Shown: positions 37,937 through 48,181, numbered from the stretch's first letter. The stretch: 64,000 bases of DNA from an uncultured virus (IMG/VR IMGVR_UViG_3300025832_000005) (IMGVR_UViG_3300025832_000005:1-64000), one strand, 5' to 3'. Translations and numbers: made by a program. The notes: generated by a model not told the origin, from the letters alone.

Positions 37937-38287
37937 TTATCGTCTCATACTCGCTATATCTTTGGCGTCTTCTTTCCTATCGGCGAAGATAGGAACCATA
38001 TTACTTTTGTGCATTGTAGCAATACCAACTAACTGACGCTCTCCACTGTAGGTCATACTTTCTCGAGCAGGCCCATGTCCAGCAACCTTATTGCTGAGTT
38101 CAACTGTATCCTTGGTTGAATAGTCTGGAATAGTATTTGTATTACGAGCTTTTGTTTTACCAACACCTATTGACTTGAGCCATTTCTCATGTTCAGCGTG
38201 TGCTTTTGTTAGTTTAGCATTAGGCTTTTTCTGTTTACGATTATACTTTGTTGTGGTCATATGTGGACCAACTAAATGCATTGTCAT
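37937..38287 (-). CDS. Conserved phage protein
   Basis: GIATMHKSNMVPIF...DIASMRR motif. Confidence 0.7.
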   Translation of the reverse strand: MTMHLVGPHMTTTKYNRKQKKPNAKLTKAHAEHEKWLKSIGVGKTKARNTNTIPDYSTKDTVELSNKVAGHGPARESMTYSGERQLVGIATMHKSNMVPIFADRKEDAKDIASMRR

Positions 38288-38291
38288 ACTA

Positions 38292-38522
38292 TTACCTCCG
38301 ATTAAACTTTACAGACTCTTTTGGGCCATCTGTTGTAAATTCCATACCACTAACATTACCTACATATACTTTGCCATTCCAACGCATTGGTATTTTGTTA
38401 GTGGCAATAAAGGCATCCAAGTATTGTTCAAATTTAAAGTTATCAATCTCAGCTACAACTTCTGTACCAGTACGTGTACTAGTGATAGTAGCTTCATTCG
38501 CATATACAACTTTGTTATTCAT
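38292..38522 (-). CDS. Hypothetical protein
   Basis: 76 aa with GGAG RBS. Confidence 0.6.
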   Translation of the reverse strand: MNNKVVYANEATITSTRTGTEVVAEIDNFKFEQYLDAFIATNKIPMRWNGKVYVGNVSGMEFTTDGPKESVKFNRR

Positions 38523-38579
38523 ATTACTCTCCAGCGTAAATTATTGTTTCTTACGTTATAGCGTATATTGACACAGATG

Positions 38580-39095
38580 TCAATTTAAAAGTTGATAATT
38601 TACACGGAAATCTTTACGTTGTCCAACATAAGCATTTTGCCCAACAGCACGATTAACTCGTACAGTGATTCGTTGGCCATCTACACGATATACAATGTCG
38701 TACTCGTTAATAATTGACTTAGAAGAATTACGATAAGTTGTAGTACACTGATACTCTGTACGATATCCAGTAATTCGACGTTGTCCTTGTGAATTATTAG
38801 CGCCTACAACACCACCAAGGATAGCACCAGCTGCAGCACCTCCGTCGTTACCGCCCAGTACTTTACCTAGTACACCGCCGATAATCATACCACCCAAGGC
38901 ACCTTCACCAGCATTGCCGCCAGTGCGTCCATAAATTGGTACTTCAATATCACGACATTTTTCTACTGGTGTCTGTTGATTTACTTTTGTATATACTGGT
39001 ACAATTTCAATAATTTTTCCTTGTACTCTGTAGCTGTTAGCATTTGCGGTTGTCGCAAATAGGGCAATAATTCCTGCAATAATTAGTTTATTCAT
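38580..39095 (-). CDS. Glycine-zipper 2TM secreted protein
   Basis: Signal peptide, GALGGMIIGGVLG...AAAGAILGGVVG, flanking Cys pair. Confidence 0.8.
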   Translation of the reverse strand: MNKLIIAGIIALFATTANANSYRVQGKIIEIVPVYTKVNQQTPVEKCRDIEVPIYGRTGGNAGEGALGGMIIGGVLGKVLGGNDGGAAAGAILGGVVGANNSQGQRRITGYRTEYQCTTTYRNSSKSIINEYDIVYRVDGQRITVRVNRAVGQNAYVGQRKDFRVNYQLLN

Positions 39096-39270
39096 TTTCT
39101 TGATTCCTCATGTTCTGTCATTTTAATCCAAATTTCCCAGTATTGTTCTTTAGTTAATATAGGGTCTTTATAAAGTTCACGCTCTTTACAATTTTCATAA
39201 TACGTTTCTATAAAGTTTGCGGGTAGCTTCTTTGGTAATGACATATGAATTTCTCCTTGTTTACTACCAT

Positions 39271-39299
39271 AGTATATAGTAAGACGTATTACTTGTCAA
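39271..39299 (-). promoter_or_regulatory. Sigma70-type promoter with palindromic spacer variant
   Basis: TTGACA-agtaatacgtcttacta-TATACT. Confidence 0.75.
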
Positions 39300-39460
39300 G
39301 TGTTTTCTTACACCATTTAGAAAGATCTGTGCCAGTAACATCATCACACGGGTCATCAGACGGTGTGGGCGTAGGCGTATTTGGAGTTTTCTCGCTCATA
39401 CTTTATTTAATACTTTCTTTCATAAATAACAGTAGCATTTAACTGTGAGGGTGAAATGGA

Positions 39461-39739
39461 ATGGAAATATTCGGACTAATTGCAGAGGTAGGGTTTCCAA
39501 TCGTTGGCGCACTAGCTGCTGGTTACTTTGTGTTTTTAACATTGAAGTTTATACTAGCAGGTGTTACTGGAAGTGTCAATGGTTTAAAGGGTATCATTAT
39601 GGGCCTAGACAATCGTGTACAAACAATGAATCATGATGTCATACGTATTGATACACTAATGAGTAATGCTCTAGGGTTGCGACCAGACGTGGATAGGATT
39701 GCACGGGCTGATGGCAAAAATGACGCAAGGAAAGACTAA
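39461..39739 (+). CDS. Small membrane protein (BhlA-like holin-type), paralog A
   Basis: LIAEVGFPIV..A.GYFVF TM segment plus coiled coil. Confidence 0.6.
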   Translation: MEIFGLIAEVGFPIVGALAAGYFVFLTLKFILAGVTGSVNGLKGIIMGLDNRVQTMNHDVIRIDTLMSNALGLRPDVDRIARADGKNDARKD

Positions 39740-39906
39740 TGATGTGGAAAGACCTATTACTAATGAAATTTCAAAACGGATTTCGTATTCTTAAAGACAA
39801 AGACCCTGATGACAAATTTTTTGTTATTGATGACGTAGAACTAAAAATTGGAGATACATATCGTGTAGGACCCAATGGTTACTTTGAACTAATCGGTGAA
39901 CAATAA
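39739..39906 (+). CDS. Small protein (55 aa, not in ORF track)
   Basis: MMWKDLL...GDTYRVGPNGYFELIGEQ; TAATG coupling. Confidence 0.65.
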   Translation: MMWKDLLLMKFQNGFRILKDKDPDDKFFVIDDVELKIGDTYRVGPNGYFELIGEQ

Positions 39907-40076
39907 TGATGTGGGTAGATTACACAATTAACCAAGCAGGCGATAGTTTTACTGTTGTTGGCGATACTCCCACAGAAGTAATGGATAAAGGCTTGTATAA
40001 ACCAGGCGACATTTTTCGTGTTAACGAAAATGGATGGCTTACCAAAATTGGTGAAGATAGAGACGATATAGCATAA
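39906..40076 (+). CDS. Small protein (56 aa, not in ORF track), paralog of the previous gene
   Basis: MMWVDYT...GDIFRVNENGWLTKIGEDR; TAATG coupling. Confidence 0.65.
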   Translation: MMWVDYTINQAGDSFTVVGDTPTEVMDKGLYKPGDIFRVNENGWLTKIGEDRDDIA

Positions 40077-40120
40077 CATCCAACACCACTGCCAGACAAA
40101 GTAAAAAGATAAATAAGTGT

Positions 40121-40699
40121 ATGAAACATAAACATCATATTATTCCAAAACATGCTGGCGGGTCTGATGATCCAGCTAACTTAATAGAACTAACTGTAGA
40201 AGAACACGCACAAGCACATCGAGAACTATACGAAACATATGGTAGAACTCAAGATAAACTTGCGTGGAAGGGGTTAGCTGGATTAATAGGACATGATGAA
40301 ATTATGTATGAACTAATGTCAATGCCAAAAAGTGAAGAGCATAAGCGCAAAATTAGCGAAGCACATAAAGGCATGAGCAAACCTTGGGTAGTAGGATCTA
40401 ATGTAGGTGCCAAAAAAGGTGTGTCTAAAACAGACGAGCATAGACAAAACATTTCTAAAAGTAAGTTAGGTAAACCAAATCCAAAACTAATAGGTAATTC
40501 CAATGCTTGTGGGGTTCGTCCAAAGACTGAAGCACACCAAGCTGCGGTGACAGAGGCGTTGAATCGTCCTGAAGTTAAAGCTAAGTTGGCGGCGGCTCGT
40601 GCTGCCAAACCTATTGTAACTTGCCCACATTGTGGTAAACAAGGTAAACAAGGACACAATATGAAACGTTATCACTTTGGTAATTGTAGGGAGATGTAA
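40121..40699 (+). mobile_element. HNH homing endonuclease with NUMOD3-like repeats
   Basis: HKHHIIPKHAGGSDD..NLI.LT.EEH..AH; SEEHKRKIS repeats; CPHCGK; own ATAAATA promoter. Confidence 0.85.
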
Positions 40700-41064
40700 T
40701 GGGAAATATTGCTGAATTAATTAGTCAATATGGGTTTCCTATTGTTGCCGCTATGGGCCTTGGATATTTCATATTCTTTATCTGGAAATGGGTAACAGAA
40801 ACTATCGACCCAGTTATTGGACAAGCACAAGGTGTTCTTATTGGGCTAATTGATCGTATACGTATGTTAGATAACGATCTAATCCGTCTTAACCAAAAAC
40901 TAAATGTAGTTTTAACATTAAAAGAACAACAAGAGATAAACCAAAACAAGATTGCTGAACTTCGTGAAATAATTAAAGAAGCTGGACTTAGTGAAACTGA
41001 TAATGAAAAATTACACTCACTAGAAGATCTTAAAAAAATATATAAAGAAGAACAAAATAAATGA
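40699..41064 (+). CDS. Small membrane protein (BhlA-like holin-type), paralog B
   Basis: LISQYGFPIVAA.GLGYFIF; LIDRIRMLDNDLIR. Confidence 0.6.
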   Translation: MGNIAELISQYGFPIVAAMGLGYFIFFIWKWVTETIDPVIGQAQGVLIGLIDRIRMLDNDLIRLNQKLNVVLTLKEQQEINQNKIAELREIIKEAGLSETDNEKLHSLEDLKKIYKEEQNK

Positions 41065-41426
41065 CAGCACTAACATTCTTTTTCCTACTAACAGTAAAAC
41101 ATGCCATAGCAGATTTATTCCTTCAGGCTGAACTTACTGATGATAAACACGGAACAAAGACACAATTAACTAAACCTAGACTATGGATACATTGTTCGCA
41201 CCATGCAGTGCTAACATTTTTTGTAGCACTACTGCTAGTAGGTGTTGGCAAGGCACTATGGCTTGCCTTACTAGATTTTGTGTTACATTTTATTATCGAC
41301 TATACTAAACATTGGATAGCAGAACGTAATAAAGTTACACATAGAAATAAAAAGTATTGGAAGTATGCTACTATAGATCAAATAGCACACTATACCACTT
41401 ACTTTATCCTGGTATTAGCCATGTAG
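41061..41426 (+). CDS. DUF3307-family membrane protein
   Basis: KHAIADLFLQ, H..HH, HFIIDY.K, DQIAH. Confidence 0.8.
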   Translation: MTALTFFFLLTVKHAIADLFLQAELTDDKHGTKTQLTKPRLWIHCSHHAVLTFFVALLLVGVGKALWLALLDFVLHFIIDYTKHWIAERNKVTHRNKKYWKYATIDQIAHYTTYFILVLAM

Positions 41427-41437
41427 CACCAAAGTAT

Positions 41438-41465
41438 AAAAGGGCTAACCAAATTAGCCCCTTTA
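41438..41465. terminator. Terminator between convergent genes
   Basis: GGGCTAA/TTAGCCC stem flanked by A and T runs. Confidence 0.65.
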
Positions 41466-41504
41466 TAAAGAAAAATGCAAACGCTAGTATACCTAGTTTT
41501 TTAA

Positions 41505-41990
41505 TCACTTATTTTTCATCTTCTCAACTGCGGCATCGTATGCTTCTTGAGTTACAATACCTTCGTTTAGCAAACGTACACGGTTTACTTGGTGTGCGGC
41601 TTGTGTTTCTTCTTTACTTCCACCAAAGTAAGGAACGCAATGTCCTTCTGCTTCCATGATCTCAGTAACTTTTTTCATCTCACCATTGTAGTCTACTTTA
41701 AAGTCTCCAAGGATACGCCCAAACTTACCCTTCATGTCTTCGCCATGCTTATCTTCTGTAGTAATAAGTTTGCCGCCGTGTTTCATAAGTTCTTTAAGTC
41801 TTGCTTTAGCTGCTTCGCCAAACAAATCTTCTACTCTATCACTGGTGCGTGACTCGGGCGTATCAATGCCCATAATTCTCACACGCTCGTCTTTTAAACA
41901 AACACCAAACCCTAGATCAATATCTACGTCTACTGTATCGCCATCCACTACTTTAATTACGACTACGTCATATTCATTATTCTGCATCAT
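41505..41990 (-). CDS. Thermonuclease (SNase-like)
   Basis: VVDGDTVD, RVRIMGIDTPE, GKFGRILG. Confidence 0.88.
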   Translation of the reverse strand: MMQNNEYDVVVIKVVDGDTVDVDIDLGFGVCLKDERVRIMGIDTPESRTSDRVEDLFGEAAKARLKELMKHGGKLITTEDKHGEDMKGKFGRILGDFKVDYNGEMKKVTEIMEAEGHCVPYFGGSKEETQAAHQVNRVRLLNEGIVTQEAYDAAVEKMKNK

Positions 41991-42044
41991 GTATCCTCTC
42001 ACAAATAACTATAGTTTTATTTATTTAGAAGTTGCTACAAAAAG

Positions 42045-44087
42045 TTACTTGGTTTGGGCAAAAAACACGCCATTCCAATCTTTAGGTAAGTCTTGTGTCT
42101 TTTGGAATTCACAACGCTCAATCCACATATCATAGTAGCCAGCCATTTGTCCGTCAAAGTGATCATGTAACATCTTACACTTGTCTATTGCGTCATCAAA
42201 TCTTTGCGCCAGATAGTCTTCATACATATCTTGGTGTTTCTTTTGTGCTTTACGCCAAGCTGGACGCTTCTGATCTAATACTGTCCATATACCAACACCA
42301 ACACTCTTGCCTTTAACTGCTAAGTCATCTATCTTTAAGTAAAAGAAGTCTGACTTAGTTGTTTGGTATGTAGCATCGCCTACTAGTAGTAAACATCCGT
42401 ACTCTTTACATTTTGATTCAATACGTGCGGCAGTACTTACTGCGTCTCCCAAAACATCATAACTGTGTCTAGCTGTTGATCCCATCTCACCAATATAACC
42501 AAGTCCTGTATTGATACCTGCGCCCATGCCTACTGCTGGTCTACCTTGTGGAATAATAACTTCTTCATTAAATTTATCCACTGCCGCTAACATATCTAAT
42601 CCACATTGTACTGCGGTTCTTGGATGGTGACGATCATCTATAGGCGCATTGTGTATGTGCATACTAGCATCGCCTATATACTTAATAATCATTCCATCAC
42701 TGTCTAATACAGGCTGTGTAATACTATCCATGTAGCCATTCATTATTTTAGTTAGGCCTTTTACATCGTCACCAAAACTCTCACCTAGTGGAGTAAAGCC
42801 ACGCAAGTCACTAAACACGATACTAACTTCTTTCTTTACACCATCTTTAATGAGTGCTGGATTTTCTTGTAGTAGTTTAACAACTGTAGGTGATGCGTAT
42901 CCGCCAAACTGTTTCTTAATTTCTTGTTTTTGTAGGAATTCATCTACAAATTTAACTATATACCTAGTCATGCCCACTAGTATTAAAAAGGCACTAGATG
43001 TAGCGCCATCAATCAAATAGTTATAGTTATTAAAACTATATATGCTATAAAATATTGAACCACCTACTGCGACTACAAATACTATAATGCCAGCATAAGT
43101 CCAACGTGCTAGTACAATAACAAAAAGTCCTACTAATAAGAAGCCTAACATTTCAGCATCAAAAGCCCAAGCAGGTCGTTCAATATTACTTTTGTTAAAC
43201 ACTGTGCCAAGTATAGTGGCATGTATTTCGTGTGGGTATATACTGCCCGCCGCTGTTGCTACTGGCTGTGAAACACCTGCCGCTGTTGGGCCAACAAATA
43301 CTATGCCGCCATCAAAGTCGTCTGGTAAGTTTGTTGTGCTATAACTTTTATTCTTTTGACTCCAGTCAATCCAAACACGCCCAAGTCCATCTGTTTGTAT
43401 AATACCAAACTGTGGTATGCGTAGTTTGTCAACACCAAATTCATTTAACTTAATCTGAAAACTAGGATCTCCAGCAATAACTCGTAATACTTCCATTGTA
43501 ACACTTGGATAAAGTGTGCCTTGGCTTTCTATAACCATTGGCATACGTCTTGTTACACCATCAGCTTCTGGGAATGTATCTACGATGCCACTGCCAACTG
43601 ATGAAAATTCTATGTCTGGTACGTTTGCTATAACACCTTCACGGCTGGGTATAAGGTACATAAAGTCACTATTAACAATAGTAGCACCAGGATTAATTGC
43701 TTCGTTTTTATTCTCATCTGCGCCCAGCATGTTTAGGATAACTGGTAACTGTTGCATTGTTAATGCTAAATCTTGATCCTCTCCTGCTCGATCAGTTTCA
43801 GCCATTAGTACATTAAACACAACTAAGCCAGCACCACGGTCATATAAGTCTATAATTAACTCACTATAGTCTCCACGTGGCCAGGGCCATTGTCCTTTTT
43901 CTTCTAAACTTGCTTCGTCTATGTTAACAGTGTATATGTTATTTTCAATTGGCTCTTGATTTACTATTAGTTGGTCAAAGTATCTCAACCTTAAACTATC
44001 TAGAAATACTGGGTTACTACTATACACCCAAGTAAGAAGTAGTAGTACAAGCACACTCCATATTGGAGAGAATAATATCTTACGCAT
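42045..44087 (-). CDS. CHASE2-domain membrane adenylate cyclase (class III)
   Basis: IDE.SL...GQWPWPR CHASE2 motif, 3 TM helices, FSDLRGFT, KYIGD, YDVLGDAVSTAARIE. Confidence 0.92.
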   Translation of the reverse strand: MRKILFSPIWSVLVLLLLTWVYSSNPVFLDSLRLRYFDQLIVNQEPIENNIYTVNIDEASLEEKGQWPWPRGDYSELIIDLYDRGAGLVVFNVLMAETDRAGEDQDLALTMQQLPVILNMLGADENKNEAINPGATIVNSDFMYLIPSREGVIANVPDIEFSSVGSGIVDTFPEADGVTRRMPMVIESQGTLYPSVTMEVLRVIAGDPSFQIKLNEFGVDKLRIPQFGIIQTDGLGRVWIDWSQKNKSYSTTNLPDDFDGGIVFVGPTAAGVSQPVATAAGSIYPHEIHATILGTVFNKSNIERPAWAFDAEMLGFLLVGLFVIVLARWTYAGIIVFVVAVGGSIFYSIYSFNNYNYLIDGATSSAFLILVGMTRYIVKFVDEFLQKQEIKKQFGGYASPTVVKLLQENPALIKDGVKKEVSIVFSDLRGFTPLGESFGDDVKGLTKIMNGYMDSITQPVLDSDGMIIKYIGDASMHIHNAPIDDRHHPRTAVQCGLDMLAAVDKFNEEVIIPQGRPAVGMGAGINTGLGYIGEMGSTARHSYDVLGDAVSTAARIESKCKEYGCLLLVGDATYQTTKSDFFYLKIDDLAVKGKSVGVGIWTVLDQKRPAWRKAQKKHQDMYEDYLAQRFDDAIDKCKMLHDHFDGQMAGYYDMWIERCEFQKTQDLPKDWNGVFFAQTK

Positions 44088-44096
44088 AATTAATCC

Positions 44097-44501
44097 TTAA
44101 TGCTGGTGGTCTGATAACTGTGTTTTTATTTCGTCATCTACTAATTCAAGCTCGTCTATCCAAACCTCATGTGTTGTGAATGTAGTTTGTAATTCACCAA
44201 TTAGGTCTGCCAATCTACGGTCAATATATTCACCTAGTCTATTGTCTTCACTAATACGCATGTTATCAATCTCTAAAATACCGTCAAGTGTTTTTGCTTT
44301 AAGGTCATCTAAATCCTTACGTAACTGCTTTACATCGTTAATTAATGTAACTTCTTTTTCAACTTCTGTTCTTGCTGTAAGTTCTGCCATCTCTGATTCG
44401 AGTTGACTAATTGTCTGTGCTTGTTGTGCTGTCCACCATACAAACGCACTAACTTGTAGTACTATTGTAATTACAACACCTATACTAAATTTAGTATTCA
44501 T
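44097..44501 (-). CDS. TM plus coiled-coil hypothetical protein
   Basis: N-terminal TM helix, heptad repeats. Confidence 0.6.
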   Translation of the reverse strand: MNTKFSIGVVITIVLQVSAFVWWTAQQAQTISQLESEMAELTARTEVEKEVTLINDVKQLRKDLDDLKAKTLDGILEIDNMRISEDNRLGEYIDRRLADLIGELQTTFTTHEVWIDELELVDDEIKTQLSDHQH

Positions 44502-44561
44502 GTTTTTTCCTCATTAGTTTTGCTTTAATGTGTTCCATTTCAGCATTTCTTGTATTCTTTT

Positions 44562-44759
44562 CTATGACGGCTTTATTGGCTTTTGATAATAGTCTGGGTT
44601 CTTAACCCCTGGTATAAATTCCACTACTGGACAATACTTTGGACGATTTATCTTCTTGCCTGGCCGGTGACGATGAATGTAAACTTTTTCTAACTTTAGC
44701 AATTCTTCGTCTGCGGTCAATTTTCTGCTGTTGGGTGTATCGTTCAATCGTGTTGTCAT
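44562..44759 (-). CDS. Hypothetical protein
   Basis: ATGA-coupled 65-aa ORF. Confidence 0.4.
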   Translation of the reverse strand: MTTRLNDTPNSRKLTADEELLKLEKVYIHRHRPGKKINRPKYCPVVEFIPGVKNPDYYQKPIKPS

Positions 44760-45010
44760 GCTGACTTTGATTTAATTTGAGTGAATATATATTTTAAATC
44801 AGACTTTGAAAGTTGAGACACTTCAATATCAGAAGTAACACAAGCATCAATAGTATTAACAATTGCGTTAAACATCTGTAATGGGTTTTGAGACTCTATT
44901 GAAATAGTTAATGTTTCTAATAATACCTTTTGCTCTTCTGCAAGAAAGGGCCTGTAAGATATCTTTTGTTCTGTAGATGGTATTGTTAGTTCGTAGTTTG
45001 GCAGTGCCAT
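44756..45010 (-). CDS. Truncated T4 gp26-like baseplate hub homolog
   Basis: MALP.YELTIPST...I.YRPFL..E.K.LL...D..YIF.QI.SKS; only 84 aa. Confidence 0.7.
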   Translation of the reverse strand: MALPNYELTIPSTEQKISYRPFLAEEQKVLLETLTISIESQNPLQMFNAIVNTIDACVTSDIEVSQLSKSDLKYIFTQIKSKSA

Positions 45011-45173
45011 AATTTATCATCCTTATATTTTCTCCCAGTATTTATTATATAAACACCCATATACAAAACGTACATATGGCTGCGAGCATTATACACAGCC
45101 ATAGCCAGTCTGTTGGGTCCATGGGATTTTGGTTATGCGACATTTTGCCCCTCTCACTGGATCTGTAGTAAGT

Positions 45174-45518
45174 TTATTTACTTAAAAATTCAATTCCAAT
45201 AACTATACCGATATTGTTTTCTCCAAATGATTCCAAAGCTGGTGCGACGAATACACTATTGTCTTGATAAATTTCTTTGCCTACTCTAATGTATGGACTA
45301 ATATTACTGTTATTGTATCCAGTAACTAGTGCGCCCTCTACCCAAAAATTGTCATAATCAAACTTCACACCACCATATACACTGATATCATTCATACTGT
45401 TAACATATATACCTGTAATAAATTGATTGTCTTGTAGTCTAACGTGTGGGTGTGATAAGTTGTAATCACCAGCTAACCCCAAGTGTGCTGATAATGCTAT
45501 TCCATATAATATTTCCAT
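45174..45518 (-). CDS. Small beta-rich (OM-barrel-like) protein, paralog 1
   Basis: AHLGLAGDYN..HPHVR, G.YVNS...ISVYGG, VTGY. Confidence 0.65.
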   Translation of the reverse strand: MEILYGIALSAHLGLAGDYNLSHPHVRLQDNQFITGIYVNSMNDISVYGGVKFDYDNFWVEGALVTGYNNSNISPYIRVGKEIYQDNSVFVAPALESFGENNIGIVIGIEFLSK

Positions 45519-46373
45519 TTAATTTTGTGTTACGCTAATAGCGCATCCTATTGTGTTTGTACAGATCCCTGTTAAACTGTATGATTGATTAGTTGTGCTG
45601 TCTTGTGTTGTATTTACAGTATACGCCCCACCACCATTGGTGAGGTCTAAAGTCATACTATGAGATCCAGTACCTTCCTGTGAACTCGTCACATCATGGT
45701 CGTTACCCGTTAGTACCAGTCTACCAAAGTTATATTGTCCACCTTGATATCCATCTATTGTATTATCATTTCCAACAACCTTCGCCTGAGCTTGATTGTA
45801 TTGTGATCCATCTTGTACAAGTGTAATGTTATTTCTATCACCAGTTATTGGTGTGTTGCCATACCCATGTACTATATGATTGTTACCATCTTGGTCTACA
45901 GTAATAGTATTATCATCACCGTTTGCTTCTACTTTTGCAAAGTTGTAATTACCATCTTGATCAACAATAATAGTTTGATTATAATCACCACCATTGCCTA
46001 GTTCGGCATATGCATAGTTATAGTTGCCATTTTGTTCAATATCAATAACACAATTATTACCATGGCAATCTAAACTTGCTGAGTTGTTATCGCCTATTTG
46101 CGACACATTGTTTATTCCATTACCAGAACTCATCCACGCCCACACTTGATTATTGTCACCTGTTTGCGCATATGTAGTGCTTGTGTTGTTACCACTTACT
46201 TGAGCTTTACCGCCCGAACCAGTTATCTTATTGTTAGCGCCATCTTGAGTGATAGTCATATCTATATTATCACCAACTTGTCTAATCCATATTTCATTTG
46301 CCCAACTAGTAGTTGTTTTGATTGATAACAATACTGTTAGAGGAACCAACACCCACTTTAAAACCGTATTCAT
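45519..46373 (-). CDS. Curlin-repeat protein (CsgA/CsgB-like)
   Basis: Signal peptide then tandem Q.G..N.A...Q/N repeats; ANEIWIRQVGDN. Confidence 0.8.
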   Translation of the reverse strand: MNTVLKWVLVPLTVLLSIKTTTSWANEIWIRQVGDNIDMTITQDGANNKITGSGGKAQVSGNNTSTTYAQTGDNNQVWAWMSSGNGINNVSQIGDNNSASLDCHGNNCVIDIEQNGNYNYAYAELGNGGDYNQTIIVDQDGNYNFAKVEANGDDNTITVDQDGNNHIVHGYGNTPITGDRNNITLVQDGSQYNQAQAKVVGNDNTIDGYQGGQYNFGRLVLTGNDHDVTSSQEGTGSHSMTLDLTNGGGAYTVNTTQDSTTNQSYSLTGICTNTIGCAISVTQN

Positions 46374-47436
46374 AAAACCCTCCTTGAACAAAGTCTACAT
46401 TGTAGCTGTGACTTTGGCTTAAATTTAATTGAAAGAAATGTTGATCTCCTTCTTTGCGACTTACTACAAAATAAGGATATTCCTCATCATAAAATATATT
46501 TGTATCTGGATCTAATCCAAAAAACTTATCCTGAAAAAACTCTACATTTTGTGTTCCTAGACTATCAAACCATTTTGATAGTATTTCAGCAAGTTGTTTT
46601 TCCAATTGATCTATAAACTCTGAATTTAGGTAAGTTGTGTTATCTAAATCAGTTACCCAAATATTTTTAATACCATCAACTAATGGATCACTGTCTAGTT
46701 CGTCAAACTCTAAAAAGTCAATGTCTAATATATCAGTAGGTGGTTTTTGTTTTATTATCTCTTCTGTGTAAGGTGATACTTTACGTACAATTAACATTGC
46801 TGTAAGCATATTTTCTGGTAAGTCTAGTACAACTCCTGGCTTTGGAACAGCACCACTGTGTGAAACTATAGTAGTTTGGAATGCTTGATTCATAATAACC
46901 ATTCCCACATCGCTCTCAACACTAATCTCACCAGTTACACATAATCCACTTTCATCACAACTGGGCAATAGTGTTATCATACTGCCGCCTATCTCATCTA
47001 CAATCATCATAAAGTCTGTACCACGCACTGTAACTTTAGCACTTGGCGTTCTTATGTTTACTCGTTGTCTTGAATTCTTTGCTATTTGTCCACTAGCATA
47101 ACGTACTGCGCCTAGTGTTGCTTTCATACTAAGAGCACCTGTTCCACTAGCTGGATCGTATATAAACTCATCAATAGTCATACGACTATTTTCAGTAACA
47201 TCTACTCTAGTATCGTCTACAAAGTCTAAACGCAATTTACCTTTACCAGTAGCAATATTATCGTTCATTTGTAAGCCAAGACCTACTTCGCCAGTGTATG
47301 CTTCTTTATCACGTTTAATTGTACTTGTGCCAGAAGATTCAGCAACCGCTCCAATAGGAGTTGCCCTAGCTATACTTACGTATGCTAGAGCAACAAATAT
47401 TATACATATAAGTTTAATCGGATTGTGTAATATCAA
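46306..47436 (-). CDS. FecR-domain periplasmic protein
   Basis: Signal peptide, D.I.TG.G...L.F.D.T...V.ENS...ID, IRTPSA.V.VRGTDF. Confidence 0.85.
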   Translation of the reverse strand: MILHNPIKLICIIFVALAYVSIARATPIGAVAESSGTSTIKRDKEAYTGEVGLGLQMNDNIATGKGKLRLDFVDDTRVDVTENSRMTIDEFIYDPASGTGALSMKATLGAVRYASGQIAKNSRQRVNIRTPSAKVTVRGTDFMMIVDEIGGSMITLLPSCDESGLCVTGEISVESDVGMVIMNQAFQTTIVSHSGAVPKPGVVLDLPENMLTAMLIVRKVSPYTEEIIKQKPPTDILDIDFLEFDELDSDPLVDGIKNIWVTDLDNTTYLNSEFIDQLEKQLAEILSKWFDSLGTQNVEFFQDKFFGLDPDTNIFYDEEYPYFVVSRKEGDQHFFQLNLSQSHSYNVDFVQGGFYEYGFKVGVGSSNSIVINQNNY

Positions 47437-48181
47437 CTGTGTTACCGTCCCCAGTTGAAGTTATATCTACTAGGTTATCGTAGATACCACTTTGTGTAAT
47501 AGTATATACACTACCACCACCTGTTATATCTAATGTTACAGTGTGTCCTAAAGTATCACCATTACCATCAATATTTAAATCAATAATGTTACCTGGAGAA
47601 TTAGTACTTAGGTTAGTATCAGTTGCGCTTGTAATTGTTGATCCACTTGCTGTTGATGCGCTGTTGTCAATTTCTACAGTAACATTAGCATCAGTTCCAT
47701 CCAAGTCCATTTGTATCAGGTTGTCATCACCATCAATTGTAAAGTTAACAGTGGCATCACCGCCATCAGTAGTTTCACCAATCTTAAAGTCATAGTTGTT
47801 GTCATCACCTGTTGTAGTAATATTTAATGTTACATTATCACAATTGCCACCACCAATTGTTGCTGTGCTGTCACATAATAGGTCAACATTGTTACTATTT
47901 CCAGTAAACACCCAGGTACCTGTATAACTGTCACCAGCAATAATTGCGTCAATAGTGTTTGTATCACCAGTTTGTGTTATACTAAACACCATATTATCGC
48001 CATAGAGCCCAGCGTCTGTAGTGCTGTCTCCAAATTCGTTGTTTTGTCCGTCTTGAGTGATATCTAAATCTAGACTATCCCCAATTTGTGTTATATATAT
48101 TTCATTAGCCATTACTGATAACGATGCTAATGTTGTAAACACTATTGCCATTATGGCACTACTTAATAATTTTTTCTGCAT
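47414..48181 (-). CDS. Curlin-like acidic repeat protein
   Basis: Signal peptide, ANEIYITQIGD, repeated I.Q/.G..N units. Confidence 0.75.
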   Translation of the reverse strand: MQKKLLSSAIMAIVFTTLASLSVMANEIYITQIGDSLDLDITQDGQNNEFGDSTTDAGLYGDNMVFSITQTGDTNTIDAIIAGDSYTGTWVFTGNSNNVDLLCDSTATIGGGNCDNVTLNITTTGDDNNYDFKIGETTDGGDATVNFTIDGDDNLIQMDLDGTDANVTVEIDNSASTASGSTITSATDTNLSTNSPGNIIDLNIDGNGDTLGHTVTLDITGGGSVYTITQSGIYDNLVDITSTGDGNTVDITQSD

